Source: Heteronotia binoei | Taxonomy: Eukaryota | Direction of reading: 5' to 3' | DNA length: 64,000 nt | NCBI RefSeq assembly: GCF_032191835.1 | Contig: NC_083237.1 | Coordinates: 17,360,001-17,424,000 of the forward strand | Shown here: positions 1 to 10,800 of the stretch, in pieces | Position numbering within the stretch: position 1 is the stretch's first letter | How the letters are laid out: every line of letters starts with the position of its first letter | The notes under the pieces: model-generated | What the model was told of the DNA's origin: nothing | Seen by the model: only the letters and a program-made list of their open reading frames with translations | Databases searched by the model: none | Made by a program: the position numbers and the translations under genes

Positions 1-110
1 AGAATAGCAGATTTATTCCCCGCCCTTCTCCCTGAATCAGAGACTCTAGATGGGGCCTGGAGATCTCTCAGGATTACAACTGAACTCCAGACCATGGAAG
101 AGTCAAGTTT

Positions 111-385
111 CAGCTTTCGTGTGCTAGAAGCTCACGTCATCAGACAATAGTATATAATGGCAAGCAGTCCTAATTACAGAGAAAGTGGGCAGTGAGTTCA
201 TATGCAGAGTCATGGGGATGTTATTTAGCAGATTTAAAGAATCACAAGTTGGGGTCTGGTGTTTATCAGTTAGTGTCTGATGAAGTGTGCTTAGAGCACA
301 TGAAAGCATACATTCTGAATAAAACTTTGTGGGTCTTAAAGGTGCAAAATTGACTCTTGCTTTGTTCTACTGCTTCAGACCAACC
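111..385. mobile_element. Penelope-like element terminal (pLTR) remnant with an inverted pair of minimal hammerhead-like motifs (minus 111-145; plus 273-311); copies at +40,566 and +62,699
   Basis: Plus strand CTGATGA-a-GTGTGC-ttaga-GCACAT-GAAA-gc-atac; minus strand CTGATGA-c-GTGAGC-ttcta-GCACAC-GAAA-gctg. The plus motif is followed by an aataaaactttgtgggtcttaaaggtgc tail. Confidence 0.65.
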
Positions 386-752
386 TGGATCTATCCAGAC
401 CATGGAGATCACTTCACCTGCAGAAAATGCCTGCTTTGGAGGGTTTATGTCTTTCCACAGTTTTATGGCATTATATACTGTCCCTCCACAGGCTCCACCC
501 ACAAATCTCCAGGCATTTCTCAGCCTGGAGTTGTCAAGCCTACCACCCCTGGACTGGGTTGTCTTTTTGGGTCTGAGACTTGTGTTTCAGTGGACGGATG
601 AAACCTGGAGGGGGCCAGCTCTGGCACACGCTCATTGGCTTCTTTTAAGATGTCTCTGCATGTCTGCTTGCAGGGTTGGCCTTGGAAATTCTAGACTCAC
701 ACAGTGAATTCTCAGCCGATGCAGGGTGTTAGTTTCAGAGTTGGTCCGGTCC

Positions 753-1271
753 TAAGAACATAAGAGAAGCCATGTTGGATCAGGCCAATGGCCCATCCAG
801 TCCAACACTCTGTATCACACAGTGGCCAAAAATTTAGACACATACATATACATACACACTGTGCCTGAAAGCCACTGATGGACATCTGCTCCATATTTTT
901 ATCTAAACCCCTCTTGAAGCTGGCTATGCTTGTAGCTGCCACCACCTCCTGTGGCAGTGCATTCCACATGTTAATCACCCTTTGGGTGAAGAAGTACCTC
1001 CTTTTATCTGTTCTAACCCGACTGCTCAGCAATTTCATTGAATGCCCACGAGTTCTTGTATTGTGAGAAAGGGAGAAAAGTACTTCTTTCTCTACCTTCT
1101 CCATCCCATGCATAATCTTGTAAACCTCTATCATGTCACCCCGCAGTTGACGTTTCTTCAAGCTAAAGAGCCTCAAGCGTTTTAACCTTTCTTCCTAGGG
1201 AAAGTGTTCCAAACCTGTAATCATTCTAGTTGCCCTTTTCTGCACTTTTTCCAGTGCTATAATATCCTTTT
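753..1271 (-). mobile_element. CR1 LINE 3' fragment; copies at 41319-41837 and 63452-63970
   Basis: Translation LFSLKKRQLRGDMIEVYKIMHG...RTRGHSMKL...FFTQRVINMWNALP is the CR1 ORF2 C-terminus, with a (TTCTTATG)-type 3' tail. Confidence 0.93.
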
Positions 1272-1688
1272 AATATATTATCCTATATATAATATATATT
1301 CTTTTAATATAATTTTAATATAATATCCTGGGTGAAGCTATGGGAAACAAACTACATGCTAATGGGTTGGTTGGCCAGGACTGAAGCTCTATGATGCCTT
1401 CCTGTGAAATATACATGATAACTTTTGTAGTGCCTTCCTTTGAAATCTACAAACTTACAAGATAGCCTTTGAAATGCCTTCTTCTGAAATCTACAAATCT
1501 TTATGGCCACTTTTGAAGGAATCATTGTGGGGAGGGGGACAACTGAAGAGTGGATTGATTTCCTCTTGAAAGAATTACAGATTGCATTGTGAACATCCAT
1601 TGGTGAGAGAGAAAGGACTTCTATTGTATGAGGATTGTGATCCCTGTTCACAAGGACTTGTACAGTTAGTGACTCGTGGTGATGTATG

Positions 1689-1885
1689 CAGGGCTTTTTT
1701 GGCAGAAAAAGTCTAGCAGGAACTCATTTGCATATTAGGCCACACCCCCTGATGTCACCATTGTTTCACATAAGGGTTTTTGTAGAAAAAGCCTAGCGGG
1801 AATTCATTTGCATATTAGACCACACACCCTGACACCAAGCCAGCCGGAACTGTGTTCCTCTGCGTTCCTGCTCAAAAAAGCCCTG
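1689..1885. mobile_element. hAT-family MITE; copy at 42255-42451
   Basis: TIRs CAGGGCTTTTTT / AAAAAAGCCCTG and a perfect 8-bp TSD, GATGTATG. Confidence 0.92.
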
Positions 1886-1910
1886 GATGTATGCATGATT
1901 TTGTAGTGAA

Positions 1911-2180
1911 TTGGATAAGCATATGGAGCAGAAGTCCATCAGGAGCTTCCATCAGGGGCTATTAGCCATAGCGTATTGTTGGAACTCTCTGTCTGGGGCA
2001 GTGATGATCTGTATTCTTGGTGCTAGGGCTTGGGGGGGCAACAGTGGGAGGACTTCTGGTGTCCTGGCCCCACTGATGGACCTCCTGATGGCACCTGGGG
2101 TTTTGGCCACTGTGTGACACAGACTTTTGGACTGAATGGGCCATTGGTCTGATTCAACATGGCTTTTCTTATGTTCTTAT
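1911..2180 (+). mobile_element. CR1 LINE 3' end; copy at about 42477-42746
   Basis: DKHMEQKSI ORF2 end plus a CR1 3' UTR ending ttcttatgttcttatg. Confidence 0.85.
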
Positions 2181-2292
2181 GAATTAATTGAATATATTAA
2201 TTAAGTGTATGGATTAAAGTTACATTAAGATAGTTTATAAATGCGAGTATTGTATACATTTTAATTAGTAATTGTGGTTGCAATAGTCTGAG

Positions 2293-2752
2293 TGTCAAGC
2301 ACGGTAAAATTCGATTGATAATTGATTGTTTTAGGGTCCTCCATAACACTGGTCTGTGAAATGTCTCGGAGGTCTGTTAACTCTGTTATTCTTTCCCCAA
2401 CCCCTTCTTGCTTTATTGCTTGCAAAGTAGAAGTAGAGAGAAACTAAACTAACTTGAGAAGAAGTAATCAGCACCTTCCCATACATTCCTGTTAGGGAGT
2501 GCGACACATCTGGAGAGAGCAAGGACAGAGTCCTGATAATGCCGTGAGAATGTAGACATTTATGATAGTTTATGTGTGAGAGCTATCCCTTGCCCCCACC
2601 TTTTGGAATCCTTTTGAAGTAAGCCTTAAAAATATTGTATCAATGTATCTGTAGCATCATTCTCAAGAATCTGTTACACTGAAAGTATCCTTATATCAAT
2701 AAATGTAGTTTTGTATCAAGCTCGACTCGTCATTGAAACCGCATGCTTGACA
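2293..2752 (+). mobile_element. Solo LTR (460 bp); copy at 42859-43318
   Basis: TG...CA termini with a 9-bp inverted repeat (TGTCAAGCA / TGCTTGACA), a 5-bp TSD CTGAG on both sides, and AATAAA at 2698-2703. Confidence 0.85.
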
Positions 2753-3206
2753 CTGAGGGCTTTGTTTCACTTTGCTCCATTTATCATTGCAATTCTCCCA
2801 GGATTTGGTAACCTCCAGGTGGGGCTTGAAGATCTCCTGGAATTACAACTGGCCTTCAAAAGACTCCCACATTGCATCGAAGGAAACACCATTTTCTAAT
2901 GCTGCACGCTGTACTTAGAAATGAAGTCTTGTGCCCTTAAGAACATAAAAAAAGCCATGTTGGATCAGGCCAATGGGCCATCTGAATGAACTAGATCTTT
3001 CAAACTTCTAGTATGTCTGAAGCCAATGAAAGGAGGCATACTGCTCCCAGGAATATCAAGCAAAAGATGCCAATGTTTATAAAGGTGAGAAAAAGGGGTG
3101 TAGTTGAAGGCACAAGAGATTTTATTAGTAGTCCTCTTACAAAAGATCTACAAAAGTAGATTTAAAATCTAAAAATTTACAAAAGTAGTCCTCTTACAAA
3201 AGTCCT

Positions 3207-3630
3207 CTACAAAAGATCTTTACGATCCACACTGTAAGCCCTACCCACTGCAGATTGCACAATTAATCTAGAGTAGCCACGTGTCAAAAATGCATTCTGC
3301 GACTTTTTACAGTCCCTCATATAATCACTGTGTTTAGTGGAGTTCCTTTCTACGTGTAAAAATTGGCTGTATGGCAAACTCTCACACATGCATAAGAAGT
3401 ACATAGATAAGCTCTTTGGGATCCTGAATAAATATGAATATAATGATGTTGATCCACACTGTACACAGCTCCATTACTTTTACGGGATCCGGCAATGCAG
3501 ATATGGTTTCTTTTTTAGGCTGGTGTATTTACCACACCTGTAATTATACTCTGGCCATGCACCTATTTAGGAACCGTACAGATCGGAGTTCCGTTTTATA
3601 TTTTCGATCCTTCCATCCACGACATTTGCT
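3207..3630. mobile_element. Penelope-like reverse transcriptase fragment, internally inverted (minus 3207-3385; plus 3390-3630); copy at about 43773-44196
   Basis: Plus strand KYIDKLFGIL (YIDD motif), then after a frameshift SITFT...VSFL...LFRNRTDRSSVLYFRSFHPRHL. The minus strand continues SLPYSQFLHVERNST...FLTRGYSRLIVQSAV. Confidence 0.8.
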
Positions 3631-3947
3631 GGCCCCGGGTCATCCAGTGACGTTCCATGCTGTGATTCAAAACTGGGTCTTCCAGATATTGTCCAATGCT
3701 TATACCACACTAGCTCTCAAGGCTTTGAGATACCTTGGGCTTTGATATCATGGAAGAGGAAGAAAAGTTCTCTCTAGCCCCTTCTCAGTGTTGCATGTTT
3801 TGTAAACCTTTATTTCTCACCTTGCAATCAGTTGGGATTACCATGTTCTTTGCCTTTTTGAGGTGGGAGCAAAGAGGACTGCATCCAGTAATACAACTGG
3901 AACAACATCAAAGTTTAACATAATGGCCTTAGGCAATGGGCCTCCAA

Positions 3948-4165
3948 TAGGGTTGCCAGGTCTCTGTTGGAAAATACCTGGAGACTTTGGGGGTGGATCC
4001 AGGAGTGGGTGGGCACTGGGGAGGGGCGGGGCCTCACTCAGCAGGAGACAATGCCCGAGTCCACCCTTCAAAGCAGCCACTCTCTCCAGGGGAGCTGATC
4101 TCTGCCAGCTGGAGGTCAGTTGTAAAAGCAGATCTCCAGGCCCCACCTGGAGGCTGGTAACCCTA
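3948..4165. mobile_element. hAT-family MITE (TAGGGTTGCC termini); copy at 44514-44731
   Basis: TAGGGTTGCCA...TGGTAACCCTA with a perfect 8-bp TSD, GCCTCCAA. Truncated relatives lie near 26-100, 390-560, 4320-4600, 5650-5880 and 24395-24700. Confidence 0.88.
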
Positions 4166-4659
4166 GCCTCCAATTACCTTTTTGCTTGCTTATCTTCAGA
4201 GGCTGAAGTTCTCTTGAGGCACCTTCTTGGCCCACTCTGCCCTTGAACCAAGATGGCTTTTCTCTCCCTTTTCTCCTCAGAACTCCCTCTGTCTTCCCTC
4301 ATGCCTCTCCTTTTCCCTTCAGGCCTGGAGATTTGAGAGCAGCACAGGGCCAGAGATTCCACCCTCCAAAAGCATCCGAATTCTCCAGGGCTACTGATCT
4401 CTGTAGTCTGGAGATGAGTTGTAATCCCAAGAGATCCCCAGACCCCACTTGGAGGGTGGCACCCCTAAATCCTGGGGACTCTTCTAGAGGGTGGAGTCTG
4501 TGACATTATGCCCCGCTGAGGTCCCTCGCCTCCCCAAACCCGGCCTCCTGCAGTCGCCACTCCCAAAACTCCAGTCATTTTCTCATCTGGACTTTATAGC
4601 CCTACAGACAGTGAAGTCCTCCAGAGACACCAAGGCCACAGACGTTTGTTGTGTTGAAA

Positions 4660-5045
4660 ACATTTTATTGCATTTAGAAAGGGAAAGGGGAAAGAGAAAT
4701 GGGAATAAAAAAAATTTCGCTGTTCCATTTCTGAATGATACAAAAATAGATAACACATGAAAAGCAAAGTATTTCTCTATATAAGTTAAGTTGCAACAAA
4801 TTACTGTCTTTTGATCTGTTGATATAATCTCATTTTAACAATCAAAATTCTACTAATTCATAGTTTCATACTACTAACATTGCCTGTAAAGGACAAAGTT
4901 ATACCAGAGTGTCTAACCAAGTATAGAAGGGTTTCCAAAGGATCTGTTTCTTGTACTGATCTCTCCTTTGGGGGAGAGGAAAGTTTGTCCAACTCAGCTG
5001 TTTCTAATACTTTTCCAATTGGATCTTGTTTCTAATGCTCTTGTG
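4660..5045 (-). mobile_element. L1-like LINE 3' fragment
   Basis: The minus strand reads KVLETAELDKLS, similar to the SEMDKLT segment of the L1 fragment at 8528, followed by an AT-rich 3' UTR. Confidence 0.5.
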
Positions 5046-5550
5046 AGAGGCAGCCCTGGATGCTCAGAGGAACTTGGGGATGTGAAAATGCTATCATATA
5101 TTTAAAATAGTTTCATAAATAGTCATATTTCTGGGCATGCAGGTGTTTGGGCTGGTCCACGGCATACAATTGGCCACTGGCTCTTTCAGTTGATGGGAAA
5201 TGCGGCTCCGTGGCCAACACAGCATGAGTGACACTGATGAAATGCCAGAAACACAAACAAGTTTTAACAGCAGTTTGCTTCCCTTCAGGCCTTGACGTCT
5301 GTTTTCTCTGTTTGGTGGGTTACCCCAGCAGTGCCAGGTGGGAAACGTTCTACCCTAGTGAAACAATCCAGAGCCCATTGTGATGGAAACTCGGAACCTA
5401 GACTGCCTTTTCCGTTGGGTGGATACAGGTTCAACTGTCAACTGACTCTTGGACTAGCATCCATCTGCTGGGAAAATTGAGAGCTCAGTTTATTCAATTC
5501 TCCAGAGCAGCAATCAGTCATTGCCTTATCTGGACTTTGTAGCCCTACAG

Positions 5551-7749
5551 ACAGGGAAATCCTTCTCTTCGATCCAGAGAAACCAGTGGTTGTAATGGTT
5601 GAGAAAATGGTAAGGAAGATTCTGACACTCTTTATCTGTGGGTTGAAAGGCTAAGGGAGAGGGTTGCCAGCCTCCAGTCTGGGCCTGGAGATCTCCTGCT
5701 TTTACAACTGATCTCCAGCAGGCAGAGATCAGCTCCCCTGGAGAAAATGGCTACTTTGAAGGTTGGACTCTTGGGCATTGTGCGATGCTGAAGCCCCTCC
5801 CCTCCCCAAACCCCACCTTCTCCTGGACCCAAAGTCTTCAGGTGTTTTCCAACACAGATCTGGTGAAGTGACTCAACTGTGGAGGAGGGAGGCATGCCCA
5901 GAAATTGCACTGGCATAGGTGAAAGGCCAGAGAGATTTGGCAGCCCAAAGGGACCAAATCCAAAATAGCTCAGCCTTGGGTGGTAAAAAATTCTTATAAA
6001 CCAGTTACAAAATTAAATCTTATCTTATAAACCAATTACATAATTGGAGAGAAGCTATGTTCTACTGATCTGCTGTCTTACTGTGGATCATATTAGATAT
6101 ATCACAACAAATAAATTGTACAGTAAAAGTTAGTAATTTGGTGCCCTTTAAGTGTAATCAGTAGTCTGATTTTATAAAGAATGTTTTTTTAAAAGAAAAA
6201 GGCCACAAATGGCTCTGTCTTTATCTCCATACTTCCAACAGTTCACAAAAGGGCCTTTCTCTTCAAAAAGAGAACCATTTCCCTGAATTTGCATTGATGA
6301 TTCTGATGATCTCTTCCAAGAAACATCATCTTCTGGGGAGGCATGAGGAGGACAGGGAGTTGTGAGGGGAGAAGTGCAGGGGGGGCTCCCTCTCCATTCT
6401 GCCTGGATCCAGCCCACCACCATGGGGCCTTTTGCCTAGCATTTCAATTGCTATTCCTACCAGACGTGGGGAAGAGAATGGGGAGGAATTGTTAGGAGAT
6501 GGTCTCCCAATAGAACCCCTAGTAGCTCCAAGCCAATCAAGGCATCTCACCTGCTGGTGATTCTTTCTACATGCCTGGTAAGCCAGTGGCTGTCTTAACA
6601 TCTGACCTTTCAAGGGTCCTCCTTGAAAAGAAAAGAGAAATGAATGAGCTAAAACAAACAAACGAAAGGAAATGTGCCTTCTTGTGATCAAGAAGCCAAC
6701 TGTGATGCTTCTGAGAAGGGTCTTAAACCCCGCCTTCTCTGGACCCTTTGGCCTTGCAGCTGCAGCATCAGGAGGTGCGAGAGGAAGAGGTGGCCCTTCA
6801 GGGGAGCCTTCAGGAGGTGCTAGAAGGTGCCACAGAAGAGTCTTTGGTTTGTGACACCCAGGAGGAGTTTTGTCCTGTGCCGAGCGAGAGCCCGGAAGGA
6901 AACCTGGAGTGCTCAGCAAATGAGGTGAGTCTGGAAAGGAAAGACAGAAGCTGGACAGTTAATCAGAGGCACAGGTGGGCTTAGGGGAAATGTGCCTTCT
7001 TGTGATCAAGAAGCCAACTGTGATGCTTCTGAGAAGGGTCTTAAACCCAGTCTTCTCTGGACCCTTTGGTCTTGCAGCTGCAGCATCAGGAGGTGCGAGA
7101 GGAAGAGGTGGCCCTTCAGGGGAGCCTTCAGGATGTACTAGAAGGTGCCACAGAAGAGTCTTTGGTTTGTGACACCCAGGAGGAGCTTTGTCCTCTGCCG
7201 AGCGAGAGCCCGGAAGGAAACCTGGAGTGCTCAGCAAATGAGGTGAGTCTGGAAAGGAAAGACAGAAGCTGGACAGTTAATCAGAGGCATAGGTTGGCTA
7301 TGGGGCTGGAATAATGAGAGAAGGCGCAGTTAGAGGTCAATGTCCAGAGAGGGAATGTGAGGGCCACCCAGCTGCCAAGAGATTTCCCTGGGAAGCTGGA
7401 TCATGAGTGTCTGTTCCCGTTGTCACCTTGTCTCCTCTGAATGGGAGGAGCTCCCCAGCCCGTGGGCAGAGAAAGCTACTCCCCCTGAGGCCAGAGTGAC
7501 AACTCCTGCCACAGAACCTGGGGCCCGGGGTCACCACTTGGGGGTAAATGGACTAGATGAAAAATAAAGGAGGTGAAATACGCATTCTTGCTTCTTCGTG
7601 GAGAAGCCAGCTGTGATGAGGGTCTTAAATTAAATCAAGAACCAAAAAAGGTAAGAAATAAACGTAGCAGAGGGCCAATAGTTAAAACCTCATATATACT
7701 TGTTATAATAAAAATACACATATTAATTAAAATTATATTAATTAATTAA

Positions 7750-7818
<69 letters not shown>

Positions 7819-10800
7819 CCCATTGAAAGCCTTGTAACAAAATACGAATGACATATACACAATGATGATGATGATAATGATGATATTGGTTTTATATTCC
7901 ACCCTCCACTCCGAATCTCAGAGTCTTAGAGCTGCTCACAATCTTCTTTCCCTTCCTCCCCCACAACAGACACCCTGTGAGGTGGGTGGGGCTGAGAGGG
8001 CTCTCACAGCAGCTGCCCTTTCAAGGACAGAGTCTCAGAGCGTCTCACAATCTCCTTTCCCTTCCTCCCCCACAACAGACACCCTGTGAGGTGGGTGGGG
8101 CTGAGCGGGCTTTCACAACAGCTGCCCTTTCAAGGACAGAGTCTCACAGTGGCCCACAATCTCCTTTCCCTTCGTCCCCCACAACAGACACCCTGTGAGG
8201 TGGGTGGGGCTGAGAGGGCTCTAAAAGCAGCTGCCCTTTCAAGGACAGAGTCTCACAGTGGCTTACAATCTCCTTTCCCTTCCTCCCCCACACAGACACC
8301 CTGTGAGGTGGGTGGGGCTGAGCGGGCTTTCACAGCAGCTGCCCTTTCGAGGACAGAGTCTCACAGTGGCCCACAATCTCCTTTCCCTTCCTCCCCCCCA
8401 ACAGACACCCTGTGAGGTGGGTGGGGCTGAGAGGGCTCTAAAAGCAGCTGCCCTTTCAAGGACAGAGTCTCAGAGCAGCTCACAATCTTTTTTCCCTCAC
8501 AATCTTTTTTTCTCACAATCTTTTTTTGGGATACGAGTTTAATAAAGTTGCAGAGATTTTTCTGTTAGGATTACAAATGGAAAAATTTCCAAAAGAAGAC
8601 AGAACTTTAATCTGGTACTTGCTCTCAGCTGCTAGGACATTGTATGCGCAGTTGTGGAAGCAAGAAAAAATACCAGAGAAATGGGATTGGATTATAAATG
8701 TTATGTCATGGAGTGAAATGGACAAATTAACAAGAATATTAAAAGACTATGACTTAGAAGTTTTTAAGATGGAGTGGAAGAATTTCAGAAGATATGTAGA
8801 AAAAGTGTGGAAAATAAAAGGACATTGGACAATCTTTGATAATGATTAAGTTTTTAAAACAAGAATATAACTTTTGGTTTTTTAATAGTTAAGGGTACCT
8901 TTAATATTTGTGTTTTTTTAAGTAAATAACACTGGTGGGGGTCAAGTAACGGGGGGAGGGGTGGGGGAAAAGTAAGATATGGGGTAGATAAATTTTTCTT
9001 TTTTTAAGTTGTAAGATAAAGATATAGATCTGCTACCATACGTTACCAATAAAAATTGTTTATGCAAAAAAAACCCCACCAAGTTTGAGGTACAAATAGG
9101 CACATATTACAAAGAACTGTTACAAAGAACTAGCAAAGAATATAACAACATGTTGTCAAACGATTTCATAGCCAGAGTCCATTGGTTGTTGTAGAATTTC
9201 TGGGCGGTGTGGCCGTGGTTTTGGAATTTTGAGACATGATGTTTTGCCCGTGACTGTGACTGGCATCCTCAAAGGTGTAACCCAGAAAAAGAAAGCTCCC
9301 ACAAGATAATGACTCAGCCCTACCCTACCTTCCTGAGTAGATACAAATTACCTGCCTACCAACTTCTTCTCAATTTGACGCAGAGAGAACTCCAGTTTTC
9401 GGGGTTACACCTCTGAGGATGCAAAACGTCGGGTCTCATAATGGCAAGACCATGGCCACACAGCCCGGGAAATCTACAACAACCATTATAACAATACTGG
9501 ACCAAAAAAAGGAATTTTCCAAAGAGAGATCAGTAGGCACAAGACAGGAATGTTCAAGAGACCTCTCAGGAATAAATCATGCATCCAGTGCATATGCACG
9601 GGTGGTAAAAGATGTTACTGTTGTCTGTCTTCCAGTTCTGGTCCAGAAAGTAATGCTATATTCCATTATTCAGAGCCAAGACATCGACAGAAGGCAGCAA
9701 GAGGAACAGGAAGAAGAGGAAGCCTCTCAGGATAGTCGAAATGTTGTGGAGGAAGGGGCAGTAGACGACCCTTTGCTTTCTAGTTCCCCAGAGGAGTCTT
9801 CGCCTTCGCCAGATGAACAACACAAAGTACCCTTGGAGGTCATAGTAAATGTGGTAAGTCTTAAGAACATAAGAGAAGCCATATTGGATCAGGCCAAAAG
9901 TCCATCATTCCAACACTCTGTGTCACACAATGGCCAAAAAATCTAGGTGTCATCAGGAGGTCCATCAGTGGGGCCAGGACACCAGAAGCCCTCCCACTGC
10001 TGCATCCCCCCAAGCACCAAGAATACATAGCATCAATGCCCCAGACAGAGAGTTCCAACAAAACGCTGTGGCTAATAGCCACTGATGGACCTCTGCTGTT
10101 TATCCAACCACCTCTTGAAGCTGTCTACGCTTGCAGCTGCCACCACCTCCTGTAGCAGTGAATTCCATGTGTTCATCACCCTTTGGGTGAAATAGGACTT
10201 ATCTTCAAAGGAGAGAGAGAAGCTGGACAGATAAACAGAAAAGCTAGTTTAATAAGGGGTCGGGAGGGGAGTGGGGTGAGAGAAGAATTCAGGCAATAAT
10301 CCTCTCAGTCCTGGAGATCAATAAATGAGAAACTAGAACAAGCAGATGTCTTCTCTGCTCAGACTTGTTGGAGCTCTCCCAGATTATTCCTCAGAACGTG
10401 GGGTCTCTATGGCACCAGAGTTAAATCTTGTGTGTGCAAATCATGGTGCCCTACCACTGAGCTATGGGACCTTCCAGAAACATCTGGAGCTGCTTTATGC
10501 AGAGTCAGTCTCTAGGCCTGCCCAGCTTTAGTATTGCCAACTCTAACTGGCAGCGGCTCTGCAGACCTTCACAATGTCTGCTGTTGCCTGAAATTCTTTA
10601 AATAACCTGAGACCTGCTGCATGGAAGTCTTGGCCTCTGACCATGGAGAAATGGGCCCTGCTTCCTATCAAATGGTTGCTGGGAAACCAGGTCAGCTTAT
10701 GGAGTTGCCTCATCTGGCTCAGCATTTTCCATTGGCTCTCCACCTGCAGGGCCAGCCCTCTCCATTAGGCATCCCTAGGCCACTACCTAGGGTGCCATCC

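Noticed and set aside
6417-6439. Perfect Kozak CCACCATGG as the start of the X gene
   Set aside because: The frame closes after five codons (ATG GGG CCT TTT GCC TAG).
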